A DNA stretch of 32,000 nucleotides from Wallemia ichthyophaga EXF-994 (GCF_000400465.1 NW_008806283.1:300001-332000), one strand, 5' to 3'; counted from the first letter of the stretch, positions 10,590 through 23,318 are shown. Translations and numbers: made by a program. The notes: generated from the letters alone by a model not told the origin.

Positions 10590-13500
10590 TTACAACCACG
10601 GCGCCCATCCAACATACATAGCACCAAGATTTACCGGTGAAGTTGCCTCCCGTATGAGCTTTTCAACTTGCGCCGACGTTGACATCACAGTCTTAAGTGG
10701 CTTGTTGTGCTCCGTCTGTAATCCTTGAAGCTTCCTTTCTATTGGATCTAGCGCGCTCATTGCCAGTGACTTGATATACGCCTGACTGTCTGGATCATCA
10801 TCTAGATTCGACGTCTTTTTCGAGCTTGGTCTTCTGCCTGACTTCTCCATTGCTTTAAAGTTGTCCAGCTTTCTCTTCGCATCTTCCCAATCCACCAAAG
10901 GGTCGTGGAGGAATGATTCGACAACACTGCCTAAAGAATCTCTGTTTGCCCTTAGTACGGCCATCGTAACCTCGGCGGCCTTTCTAAACACACCTTCCGT
11001 GCCAGTCACACCTAGCCCATCAATAAGGTTCTGTGTTAGCCTAAATGGCACTCTTTCCGGTACTTCAAATTGTGAACCCTTCTCGAAGAGACAATTAAAG
11101 TCAACATGTTGCACCGCACCGTTGTTCTTATCGAGGAGAATATTTTCACAGTGCCTGTCACCCAATCCCAAAACAAAACCTGTTATGGACATTACTGCTA
11201 GTGTCCTACTATATGTCATGCGAGCTTTGAGCCACTCAGAAGGTTCTGGGAACATTTCAATAAACCACTCGTGAAATACCTTGGGATAGCGTTTTAAAAC
11301 AGACCTAAAAAAGTATATAGTCTGTTCTGGTCCTGACTGTCTACCACGTTCCAGAAGCGCTGCAATATCTGGCATATACCATTTTATATTTCTGTATTCG
11401 TATCTTTCAGTGAGAATTGATCTAAATGTGCGTGTGTCTTTGACCCATTCGATCAATCCACACCTCTCATTTAAGGGTACTACAGTGTAAGTTCTGATAT
11501 AGAGCGATCGTTTTCTAGCTTCTGAATTGGATTTGAGGAACTTGTTGATCATTGAATTAAAGTCCATGAGTCGTGCATCCTTTCTTAGATCATCATCTGG
11601 CTTGCACAAGAAGCTGTAATCTTGACCGTTGTCCCCAATAATGGTCAACTTTCGAGGTTTGACAAGCGACTTCATTAGCTCCACTTCATCCACAAACTTT
11701 GCTACTCTGACAGGTCTGTCTGGGAATGGCTGATGCGAAGTAGTGTGCTTGTTAGTTGCTGGTAAAGAAACCGTCATGGAAGACTGCAGTGGTAACATAA
11801 AGTTCATAGGAGCGAGTCCGACCAATCTTGGGAAGCTGCGCTTGAGGCTGATTGTCCACTCATCCTGATTGACATGCTTGACACATAAAGACAGTAATTC
11901 GTGCACCAGAGTGAGAGCCTCTTGTATTATCTTCTTATTCTCAACACTTCCGTATTGCTATCATGTGTCAGATTAGTCAACAATTTACAATTTAAACTCA
12001 CCTGGACATGCATAACAATCTTCTTGCATCTCTCAGACCGCTTTGGTTTGGTTGAGTTATACATTCCGACCATAGCCCACAAAGCCTGTTGTGGATGATC
12101 TCTGAGAACCCTGATCATAATTTTCTCAAGTATAGCGTAGACAGACTTGTTAGTGTGCCCGATGCGAGATACAATTTGTGCAAATGCTATGTACCAAGCA
12201 TATGACGGCAACCTTTCGAGATTTTTGAGCATTTGATTGTTTGTTTGAGTATACGCGTGGTAAATGTAGAGCTTTTTGTCGTTCTTGCTTGGTTTAGCTA
12301 AGCTGTCTTCGTATGGAGCTACATCAGAGCGAGCACCAAAGTCCATCCAGAGTGTCAACATCCTAGGCATGGTTTGATAGATGTATTTTGTACCGTAGCA
12401 CAGAGCTCGCGAGTAATATTTGACAGTCATCAATATAGACTGGGCTATTACCTGATCAGCTGCCGAATTCTGCTTTCCGTGCGTGTCGTAGTAATGCCCG
12501 AGCTCGTAGTAAGGTTGTTCCCGACTTGAGCGACTATTTAGAAGTGTCAAGAAGTTATTAAATCCACTTACGTTTTGTATTCCTCAATAGCTTTGTTAAA
12601 GTGGGTGACAACGTCGTTGAAGTCTTTTCTATCGCCCTCGGATAGCCAGCGAGCTTTGAGGAGAAGACCCTTTCGCTGATATTAAACGCAAGCTGACTAG
12701 AAAAGCTGTTACCCACCTTTGCCTTCAATCGCCTGTACTTAGTATTAAAATCAGTCTGGGTACTACCAGCCGAGTTCTCCTCAGTTAAATCGATAACAGC
12801 AGAAGTGACGCTGGAATTTGCAGTGCCTTGCAGCATAAGTTTAGGGACCTGATACTCCAAACCAGCATCTAGCTCTCTTAACGCCTTCTCATGCTCCCCA
12901 TTAGCTCTAATAAGTTTAGCCGACTGAATGAAGGAGAATGGTGTACCGATCTGATCAGCCTGTAAACTAGCACTATAAGCTGTCTGGAAATGATGAGCTT
13001 TCCTAGCAGTCTTAGCAGAGCTTAACCACAGCGCCCCAATCTCATTTTTGGCCCATTCCTGTGAGATGGCAGATGTAGCGATAGCGCTCCTGCGCAAACT
13101 CAGCAACGGCTCTCTCGATTTAAATGTAGGCATCGTCACTTCAAGTCTATCTTCCAAGAGTGTGGTGAGTTTTGCAGCCAACGTTTGTGCGCTTTCCGGC
13201 TGGTGTGTGCTGCTAAGCTTGGTGATTTGGGTTATTGCCTGCGAAATCATTTCGAGTTCATGAACCATATGCAAGTGAACGGCTGAGTCGTACGCACGAC
13301 GGTATCCATCACGCCCTGCTGCAATAATAGGTGTTCCCAGTAATTGGCGCGCTTCGTGGAGTATAGACGGTAAACGATATAGCTCATTGTCATGGACTGC
13401 GAGGAGTAGTCGTCCAAGCGAGTACTCTGGCGAATGCTTCGCTAGGCCACTAGATACATTCTCTCGAACTGTTTTCCAATCGCCCACAATCCATGCACCT

Positions 13501-16500
13501 TCTGTTTGGAAACTGCCAAGCGGCTGTCTCCACTCAGGATGACTGCTGAGAACACCACGAATATGCGTTCCAAGAGTATCTAAAGGGATTTAAGTGGAAG
13601 AATAAACAGCAACACTAAAACCCCACCATAATGACCAAGATTCCTCAAACAGCGAAGTAATCCAGCATGAAGATTGAGATCATCAGGCTTCTTCTGCAGC
13701 TCAACTTCCCAGCAACTCTGAGCTGCTGTCCATCTACCAGTACTTTCATGCTCTCTGATCTGATGCTCGAGTGAAGGTGCGATAATCAGAGTAGACACAC
13801 CCTCCATCCCATCAGGCTCATCGAGATTAGCGTAAATTTCGTGTAAATGCTCGTAATACAGCTGCAGATTCTCTTCATCACCCTTAGACCTTATTTCAAA
13901 TATACGTCTTTCAAAAGTGAGCAGAGAGCGAGCGTAAGACCTGCACCTCAATGCAGCATGAGCGAGTAAATCGGCGTCAATTGACTGTATTAAAGGATGT
14001 ACGCGGTCAAGATTGTGAGTGTACATGTCCAGCTGAGCTTGTTGGTGGGATGAGAGACTGACAGGACCACCTTTCTGGGGACGTTGACGTGCTGCTAGTT
14101 TTTGGAAAGGTTGAATATTCATCCTCTGCTTGCGTGTCCATTTGCCGAGGTGGTCCATAAGATCGAAAATCGTCTGCAGTGTATTTGTTAGATAAACTTG
14201 CAATCTACATACGTCACTCACCTGTGCACTCAGTAATCGCTTATCTTGTGAAGTAGAGTCTTTCATCTCTTTCATCTGATCACTCAAAATGACCGTAATC
14301 TCTTGGGACATTTCATTCCTGTCGCTATCCTCACCCGTAATAAGAACGTTTAAAACTAGATACGGTAGTATATAGCGCGCAACGCCTACATCCTGATTAC
14401 GCACGACAGGCTTGAAGACGCTAAAAATTGCCGATGCCTGTTTACCTCTAGTCTTCCAAATCAGATCGGTAGTCCATAATCTCAGCCACTCAGAATATGA
14501 CTTGGACTTTGTGTAGATGGGGTATTCCATAGGACGTCTTTTGGGTTCGCGTGCAATGTAGCGACCATCAGTAAGCAGAGTTGAGAGTGTTTCGAGTACC
14601 TGTCGCGGGAACAACTCCCACCGCTGCTTGACTTTCAGGGGCAGGGAGTTATCCTCCCGCTGTAATAACTCAGGTCTGAAACCACAAAACTTCAGCAGTT
14701 CTTGTATCGCATAAGCGAGATCCTGTTGCGCTCTGCTGTCACTTGTGGATCTATACGCGCCGACTAACTCGTTGGTCATGAGCGACATTACAAACCTGAC
14801 ATTCTCATCGTAGTCTTCAAAATTACTATCGATAATCATTGTCTTCTCCTCAGACATGAGCTCAATTCTATCAGGATCGACAGCGCCCAGTGTACCAACA
14901 CAGTCGAAAGCAGCGTTTTGTATTGGCTGCTGCAGGTCACCACTACGATCTGCAGCAGACAGAGTGAATTTTATCAGAGTGCCAACGATAGGATCAAACA
15001 CGTCACCCGTAGTCAGACTCTTGAATATAGAGCGATTATTGCTAATAAACTCTCTGAGCTCTATCAGACTGTGTAACCTTACTCTGGAATTCTCCCTTGA
15101 AGCTCTCTGTAAGATATTTTCCAAAACATGCTTGAAATTCCATCCACTTCTTATCTGCGTCAGTTTCTTTTGCTGCTCAGTCAACTCAGGTATATGTTTC
15201 ATGTCGAGCATTTCTGCAGCTTGATCGGGCATCTCGTGTGCGTTATCGAGAATGTAATTGAGAATACTCCTCGCTTTCTCCATCTGAGACGCAGTGTATG
15301 CGGACCAGTTACCAACGAAACTCGCGACTGTCCTGCCGATGTAAGGGCTAAGATCCTTGTATGTGAGTGTGGTAATAAACGATTTGATGCTATCCAGAGT
15401 GACAGAACGAAGATTATCGACCTCTACGAAAGCCTGCAGGAGTGCCATGACCTGTGGAGAAACGGACACGATACCCGGACCGATTTTCTTGATAAGCACA
15501 CCGAGACTCCTGATAATCCTACTCTTCTCATCCACAGATCGTCTCCCCTGCACGTCATTGAGGTTATCAGAAATTATAGACATGATTCCCAAAATGTGAT
15601 TGCGGAGGAAGCTCTCGTTTGCACTATATTTCTGCTTCTTGCCTCTTGACTTCCTGTTTTCAGCTTCAGCGATGGTGTCTTCGATACTATCGATAGAAAC
15701 CATTGCCGTCTTAGCCACCGTCTCGTTAGTGTCGCCGAGAGCCATTACAAGCGAAGCGAGCAGTGATGGTCCGCAGCTGATAATAACGCTGGACAGATTA
15801 ATCTGCTTTTTAGACCCCTGAAACTCATCGAGAAAGAGCTGAATGCCTTCGTCGCGTTTAGAGCCCTCGCGGAGGTAGAGATGTGCAAGGATGTGCTCGA
15901 CATACTCCAGACACAACGGTTGAACAGGCTGGCCTAGTGTACGGGCAATACTCGACAGTATATCCCGCTTGCTCTCTGCAATGAGCGACGGGAGTGTGTA
16001 TCGCAGCGTCTGGTGTAGGAATGCCTTGCGATCTGGGAATCCGAGGACTGACATTGAGTCTGTGAGCATGTGTGGTGACGATAGCATGTTCAATACAAGG
16101 AACACTGACAGTCTTGGCAGGTGCGAGCTGCAGACCTTGTACATAGTAGTGGCATTGTGTTCAGCCAGTGTATTAAGCTTGGTTTTTGTAAGATTATATA
16201 GTATTGGAGAAACACTTGAAACACTCAAACTTACCTGGATATATGCCAGACTGCGCAGTAAGGGATTGGTGTTACCTAGCATCCGGAACAGACATATGAG
16301 GCATCGATACAGTCTGGCAATAGGTATGGAGCGACCAATAAGCGTCACCGATACCAAAATCGTTTCTGCAAGCTGGGCGTTCCTGCTCTGAAGCAAATCA
16401 TCAAAGCGATCAAACAAAACATCCTGATTAAAGTCTTCCACCTCATTTAAACCTTTACTCAGAGCAGCCTCCTGAGCTATAATGACAGCATGCGCAGCTC

Positions 16501-18388
16501 TACCAGCAGCGAGACGAATCTTGCGCGACCCGCTACCCAAAGAACGCAAAACAAACCCAGAAATTTCGCCATACCTCCAATTTTCATTCGCAGCTTGAAT
16601 ACCAGAATGAATAAGAATACGACGCAGAGACACCAGCAACAAAAACTGAGTCTTTTCATTAAGATTGACGACTTGGAGCGCTTCCAGTGCTAAGTCGATA
16701 GTAGCAACGTGCGAGACGGCCGAAGTAGAGAGTAAATCGGGATAAGCAGCATCGCTAAAAGAGCATTGAGGAGGTTTTTCAGGATATTCTTTCTGTACCA
16801 TCAGCGTGCCGGCTATAGCAGGTGGAAGGAGACCGATACCCTGAGCCAGACCGTCGTGTGAGACATTCTTAGACGCAGATTGAGCTGCTATTTTGGCCCA
16901 GAGCACATCCTGTATATCCATAGATGCAAGATCATGAGCATCGCTGTGAGACATACCCCACCACTGGGTGAGTACGTACACTAGAGCATCGTGACCACCC
17001 TGCGAATCTACATCATGTCTTATGCTGGTGGTGCGTGTGAGGTTTGAAACGCTTTGTGTCGGTCGCAGAGTGTTGGAAGCATCTCTTTTACGTTTACGAG
17101 TGGCAGTAATAGCGCGCAGCTTTTGAAGTAACTTTGAACGTGCGGATGTGGTCGTTGAAGAAGCTCTCTTATCTCCTAATACAGTGTATAGCTCGCTCAG
17201 TGCATCCACCGACACCACGGAAGAAATTTCTGAGACGGGTATTGAGTTGAAGAGGAGAACCAAAAAGGCATCGAACACATCATGACCTACATCCTCATAT
17301 GCATATCTGATAGAAAGAGTAACCACGTTTTGTATAATGCGTATTGCAACATTCCACGACGACGGACCGAAGAGATAGCCCGAGTTGGACATCTTGTTGA
17401 ATGTACTGTAAAGAGCATTGAAGGTTGGTATATAACGTTGCAGGTACCCGTCGCTGTCTTCACTGTTGTCGATTATATTGGAGAATACTAAAATTATGCA
17501 GTATAGGGATTGTTCGGAGGCTTTCGAGAGCATATTGCGACATATGTTGATAAAGTTGGATTGAAATGCTACTTTTTCAGCAGTAGGTTCTATAGTTGAG
17601 ATAGTATGGGAGCAGAAGAGTTTCAAATGCGTGATGAACTTGGGTATGAGATCTATGAACAAGAATGACGATTGCGGTTGAGAGAAAGTGCGAGTGAGTA
17701 TGTCATTGACGGTGTCTACGAAAGATAGGTATGAGAGGGGAGAAGACAATATAATAGCACCTTCAGACTGTAGAGAACCATCGTGAGCAGCAACAACTGC
17801 AGGTTTAAGAGAATCGTAAACATCAATAGCGACAGGGAAAGCGACTTTATTGAGACTGCTGACGATGCTTAAAAGGCGCTTTATTGAAGCATGAATGAAT
17901 TCCAGGCGATCAAAAGGATCTTCTTGCTCGCTGGAACCTTTGCTGGCAAGATACCTCATCACCAGGCCCAGTACCTGAATAATCTTTCCCCTTAGGACGA
18001 ATCTGGCAGTAGATTTGACGGGATCGACAATTTCTACACTTCCAAGTCTAGTAGCAGCAGCTAGAAGTCTTATAATTAAGAACTCAGCAAAGCTCACTTC
18101 GCGGCCGGAATCCAATGCAAATTGGAATGTCAAGACGGAGGGAGTACGAGAAAGATCAGAATGAAGAAGATTGAGGACGCGAAATACGGGATGATCTGCG
18201 GTGTAATTAATGTCCAATTCGTTTGGAAGCGTGTCAATGCATGCAGATAGCAGGAGCTTGTGTACCTTGATGATTCGTGGATAATGTGAGAGCGCATCAT
18301 TTATATTTACATTTTGAGATTCCCTGTCATGTTCGTCGATGAGTTGCTTAAGAAGTACGTGAGTGGGTTCGCTGTTGCCATCCTCCAT
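10590..18388 (-). CDS. MEC1: PIKK checkpoint kinase Mec1/ATR (HEAT repeats, FAT, PI3K-like kinase, FATC), 7 exons
   Basis: Kinase motifs FLCKPDDDLRKDARLM, LGLGDRHCENILLD and HVDFNCLF; FATC LGAMYVGWAPWL; FAT region DEPDGMEG and AQSCWE. Inferred introns: 16234-16178, 14221-14174, 13626-13580, 12716-12670 (or 12676), 12571-12525, 12001-11958. Confidence 0.95.
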
Positions 18389-18537
18389 TGTTTGTGGTGG
18401 CGGTGGTGGTTGAGAGATAAAGATAACAAAAGCGCGATTTATATTTAATTTTTATTATATTGCAATTACATCCCTTTAAAAGAAAAGGCAGTCGAAAACG
18501 AGAGAATTAAAGTGTTCAGTGGTTTCTACGCGTCAAA

Positions 18538-20174
18538 TTATTCAATTGGGTGAAGAGCGTACTCTTTGTCATCTTCTGGTACTGAGAGAATACGGAGAGT
18601 GTTGGTGTGTCCAGCATCACCCTTCCAGCCTTGAACAGCGAGTACTGTAGTACCCTTCTCAACGATAGCGAGATCCAAAGCCTTCTTCAAAGCGAAACGG
18701 ATTCTGTTATCAACGTCTACTTGCCAGTTAGACTCATCAGCTGGTCTAACCTCGTTGTAATGGATTGGATACACGCCACGACTTAAGTGAAGTTGACGTG
18801 AAGTTTGTTCATTACGAGTAACGCAAAGAATTGGGCAGCGTGGACGATACTTTGAGAGTAATCTTGCAGTGTTACCTGAAGTAGACATACATAAAATTGC
18901 TGAAGCACCCTGGTCGATAGCTGCAGATACAGCAACAGATGCGATGGTTTCAGTGGTGTCCATTGGTCTTGGTGCGAGAGCGCGCAATTCTTGGTAAATC
19001 TTTCCATTGGCGAGAGCGTGTTCAGCGAGTAAACAAACTTCACCCATCAATTTGACGGATTCAGTTGGGTAAGCACCCTTAGCAGTTTCACCAGATAACA
19101 TGACACAATCAGCACCATCAAGAACGGCGTTTGCGACATCAGAAACTTCAGCACGAGTTGGACGTGGGTTGAAAGTCATAGACTCAAGCATTTGAGTTGC
19201 ACAGATGACAGGTTTACCGACAATGTTGCACTTTGCGATCATCATCTTCTGAGCCATGAAAACTTGAGAGGCAGGAATTTCAATACCGAGATCACCACGA
19301 GCAACCATGACACCATCGGTTTCTTTCAAGATTTCATCAAAGTTGTTAACACCCTGTTGGTTTTCGATTTTGACGATGATTTTAATTTTCTTTCCATTTT
19401 CACCCAAGACCTTACGAATTTCTTTGACGTCCTCAGCTCTTCTAATGAAAGAAGCAAAGACGATATCAACGCCATTGTCGACACCGAATTGAAGGTCATT
19501 TCTATCCTTCTGTGAGAGAGCAGGGAGGTCAACGTCAGTCTTTGGAAGGTTGACACCTTTACGTGAGGAGAGAACGCCATTGTTGAGGCATCTAACTCTG
19601 AGCTTATCACCTTCAACGGCGAGAACTAAGAGAGAGAGAATACCGTCATCGACGTAAATGAGTTTACCAGGTTCGATGACGTTAACGATGTTTTTGTAAT
19701 CGAGGTACATGAATTGATCATCGCAAGCTTCAGCGTAGGAATCGTCAGTTGTAACGTAGAATTCATGGCCTTGAGCAATATTAATGTCTTCACCGCCCTT
19801 CATCAAACCAGTCCTAATCTCGGGACCTTTAGTATCTAAAGCAATAGCCAAAGGTCTGTGGTTTGGGTTTCTAGCGACAGTTTCGCGCACATTGTTGATA
19901 ACAGATTGGTGGTAATCGTAAGAGCCGTGTGAGAAGTTCATTCTAACAATATTCATACCGGATTCTCTTAAAGCGGTGAGAGATTCGATGTTGTTGACTT
20001 TAGGACCAATAGTAGCGATGATGGAAGTTTTTCTAAGGAAATGCTTGTTGTGGGTGTCCTGCTCAGTACCAAGGTTTGCGAGCCATTGGAAAGTGTTTGT
20101 TGTGTTCAAGTTGAGTGATTCAAAGGACACTAAAGTTATTTGTTAGATTCAAACTGTCAACCTTTAAAATTACT
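18538..20174 (-). CDS. CDC19: Pyruvate kinase; start codon apparently split by an intron (A|TG, intron 20173-20130 or 20183-20130)
   Basis: [61 protein letters not shown] and [11 protein letters not shown]. The track's GTG start at 20130 is the last base of a CTAAC...TTTAG acceptor followed by TG. Confidence 0.96.
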
Positions 20175-20388
20175 AGTCTTTACTCTTTTAATTCTTTTGA
20201 CGGTTCTGGTCGAAGAATTCCAAGAAGAAATCGCTGCACAACCATTGGCGGTAAGATTAACCTCAGGAATCTTACCACTGGTGGGTAAATTTAAAAATTT
20301 GAAATATAAATTATTTACTATTAAATTTATAATTCGCTTGTAAATTTAAAGTCTGGCATTCAATCTCCATCCTTCACCACAGACAGCC

Positions 20389-22326
20389 ATGGCCAGGAAG
20401 AGATCTCACGCGTCAAAGAAATCAAATAGTGTTAAAGATCCAAAGCCAGATTCAATTCCAATGGATTCAGAGGATGAATTCCATCATCAAAATGACAGAA
20501 TCGACTTTGGTCATAATTCTCCTTCTGATGATGATTCTGATAACGAGGAGGAAGTTTATGGTTTAAAGGGCGTTGACGATGAGGATGAAGATGACAATGA
20601 TGATGATGACGACGACGACGATGTTGATATGGGCGATTACCAAGATGTTCCAGACGATAACATCAACTTGGATCACACCAACGACAACTCCGATCACTCT
20701 GACAACTCCGAAGAAAACTCGGATGACGCTTCCAAACTCAAATCTTGGGGTTCTCGTCAATCTGCTTATTACTCACGTCAGGATGAAAATGAGAGCGATG
20801 ACGACGAAGATACTGAGCAAAATCGCAAACTCGAACAAGAAGAGGCTTTGAAATTACAAAAGTCTTCAAGGCAGGATTGGTCTTGGGATGACGTTAAAGA
20901 TATCGGTGGTGTGGTTGAAGATGAAGGCAATCAAGATACAGCAGTTGATTTAGATGAACCAGAAGACAATACAGCCTATATTGACACAAGCGATCTATCT
21001 CACTCTGATAAATTAGCTCTACTACAAAAAACTTCTCCTGAAACACTTGCCTTATTGACAGATTACGAGGATATTCTTAGCAAATTAAGAGAAACTGAAG
21101 AGTTCATCGCAAAGCGCAAAAAGGAAGATATAAACCATCCTGCTTTAGGATTGCTCTACGTCTACCACCAAACTCTCCTCACTTATGCTCCTCTACTAAC
21201 CTACTTCCTCTGTCTAAGAGCTTCACCAGCGTATGCACACGATAGAATAAAGTTGCTTCAACATCCCGTTCTCAATCGTATGGTCACTCTCCGTGAAGGT
21301 CTCTCACGTATGGAGGATCTAGGTTTCGGTCCCGGCGATGAACAAGCTATACCGGAAGATGACGAAGAGGATCAGCAAGATATTCGCAATATGGTTCGCG
21401 AATGGGCAGCTCACAAGCAAGATGATGTTGACGATGATGTCGATAACTCACTTGAGCAGGGTGAGCTTGAAGGTCTGATGGTGGATGAAAGTGAAAATGT
21501 TGCACCACCTAAGAAAGATAAGAAGGATAAGAAGAAGAGTAAGAAGAATTCTTCAAACAACTCCAATCTTATACATCAAGTCGATGAATCGGCATTCGAG
21601 TACAAACCATCAACCTCGAAATCTAATAAAAAGGATTTGCAGAGAAATACAGACGATGATTACCTTGGAGAAGCTGACACATTATCAACACTCGATGCGG
21701 AATCCAAGAAGAAGAATAAGAAATCGTTGCAATTCCATACAGCAAGAATAGCTAAGACGGACAACCGTCGTAGTGCAGCATCGAAGCAGCGTCAGAGTGG
21801 TGATGACGATGTACCATACCGTGAACGTAAGAAGGCTCGTCTAGAAAAGGGTGGAAAGAGTGCCGAGGGAGATGAGCTAGATGGAGGAGAATGGACAGCA
21901 CAGGATGAAGCCACACGTCGTCAGATAATGAATGAAGATGAGGGATTAGGTGATGGTGGAGACGGTGGTGATGGCGATGACTATTACAACCTCGTCCGAC
22001 AAAGCAAGAAGGCTAAAAAGGAAGCAAAGAAAGAGGAATATGATGATGCAAGATGGAAGAATAGGGTTGACTACGTTGATGAGAGTGGAGTTGATGGACC
22101 ACGTTCACTTCCACGTGATATTGCATTGAATAAGGCGGTTACACGCGCGCGTTCATTTAAGCACTCCAAGTTAAACCGTAATCCACGTCTGAAGAAGAGG
22201 ATTAGATTCGATCAAGCACAGAAGAAGATCAAGTCGATGAAGCCTGTTTATCAGGGTGGACAAGAAGGACAGTATGAAGGAGAGAGAAGCGGAATAACGC
22301 GGAATGTGAAATCGACTAAGTTATAG
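20389..22326 (+). CDS. SAS10: U3 snoRNP / SSU processome protein Sas10/Utp3
   Basis: Acidic N-terminus, WGSRQSAYY and EQEEALKLQK, and the C-terminal Sas10 domain RNPRLKKRIRFDQAQKKIKS...YEGERSGITRNVKSTKL. Confidence 0.9.
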   Translation: MARKRSHASKKSNSVKDPKPDSIPMDSEDEFHHQNDRIDFGHNSPSDDDSDNEEEVYGLKGVDDEDEDDNDDDDDDDDVDMGDYQDVPDDNINLDHTNDNSDHSDNSEENSDDASKLKSWGSRQSAYYSRQDENESDDDEDTEQNRKLEQEEALKLQKSSRQDWSWDDVKDIGGVVEDEGNQDTAVDLDEPEDNTAYIDTSDLSHSDKLALLQKTSPETLALLTDYEDILSKLRETEEFIAKRKKEDINHPALGLLYVYHQTLLTYAPLLTYFLCLRASPAYAHDRIKLLQHPVLNRMVTLREGLSRMEDLGFGPGDEQAIPEDDEEDQQDIRNMVREWAAHKQDDVDDDVDNSLEQGELEGLMVDESENVAPPKKDKKDKKKSKKNSSNNSNLIHQVDESAFEYKPSTSKSNKKDLQRNTDDDYLGEADTLSTLDAESKKKNKKSLQFHTARIAKTDNRRSAASKQRQSGDDDVPYRERKKARLEKGGKSAEGDELDGGEWTAQDEATRRQIMNEDEGLGDGGDGGDGDDYYNLVRQSKKAKKEAKKEEYDDARWKNRVDYVDESGVDGPRSLPRDIALNKAVTRARSFKHSKLNRNPRLKKRIRFDQAQKKIKSMKPVYQGGQEGQYEGERSGITRNVKSTKL

Positions 22327-22337
22327 AAGTATATATA

Positions 22338-22759
22338 TTAAGATACAGGTTTCTCTTGTTGAGTCTGTTCAATCAAACCAACGCCAACATCACCAGTTTG
22401 GTTGGATTCGGTAATTGATTTGTGTTGCTGCTTTAATAAGTTGTGCTTAATTTCCTTTTGACGAGTAATTTCTTTATTGTGGTGTAAGCATTCCATATAA
22501 TCCTCCTTCTGGGCTAAACAGTCCTCGACGGCGTCAGCTTGAGCGTAGCACTGGTATTGTGTAAGCCACCTAACATTCCAATCAACCAATCAAACCTTCT
22601 GAAAATCCTGCCAATAAGCAAAGCAGCGTGTTCTGCCTGTAGATTGATTAGAAGGTGCTGCCTAGTAATTACAACAACGCTAACCTCCCGTATATCCAAA
22701 TCCAGACTGATGATTGAATTAATATTATTTATTTTGTATCCAAATAAACTCACTGCCAT
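22338..22759 (-). CDS. NDUFS5: Complex I 15-kDa subunit NDUFS5 (twin CX9C), 4 exons (introns 22753-22707, 22684-22637, 22595-22551)
   Basis: The spliced product is MASGFGYTGGRTRCFAYWQDFQKCYAQADAVEDCLAQKEDYMECLHHNKE, with two CX9C pairs. All three introns are canonical and 45-48 nt long. Confidence 0.9.
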
Positions 22760-23318
22760 TTTATATTTTTAGTTTTTTATCGTTGAGTTGAGAGAGTGGC
22801 TCAGTTGGGCTGGGTACTTTGTTCTTCTCTACAATCAAGTAGTTTTATTGAAAATTATTATTTGTAAGTAATTCAAAGTAAGGGAGATTGAATAGATTAT
22901 CTAGTCAAATGATGTACATCTATCGTTTACATATAGGAAGAGTCGTCAGAATGCTTTCTTGAAGATATTTTATCGATTGCTGATCATATTCTTGATATTC
23001 TCATCTACTTCTAATTTCCCTGCAATTCCTTTATAATTCTCTAACAAATTTTCGCTAGGTCTATTTTGAATATTTTCTTGTATTATCTTTATAATCAATG
23101 TTATTGTGATATTTAAAAATTTATATTTATAAGTACTTAAAAAGTGAACACAATTCGCGTACGAGGGGAAAGACAATCAAGACAATCAGCACAACATAGA
23201 TAAAAGCAAATAAAAGATGAAATAAAATGTATATAATCAAATAAATATATTGATATATCCTATTGCATTTGTTAGTAATTATCAACTAACCCCTTACTAC
23301 CAATACACATCCACACAA

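Noticed and set aside
22797-22808. TGGCTCAGTTGG, a tRNA D-arm / A-box-like string
   Set aside because: No T-arm or B-box (GTTCRANTC) and no cloverleaf downstream.
22970-23176. 68-aa ORF in an AT-rich stretch downstream of the snoRNA host
   Set aside because: TTG start, no recognisable motif and low complexity. It cannot be supported as a gene or a transposon relic.
23286-23294. CTAACCCCT resembling a telomerase RNA template inside a structured region
   Set aside because: It lies in the 3' trailer of the U14 intron on the opposite strand, and the surrounding structure is explained by the snoRNA cluster.
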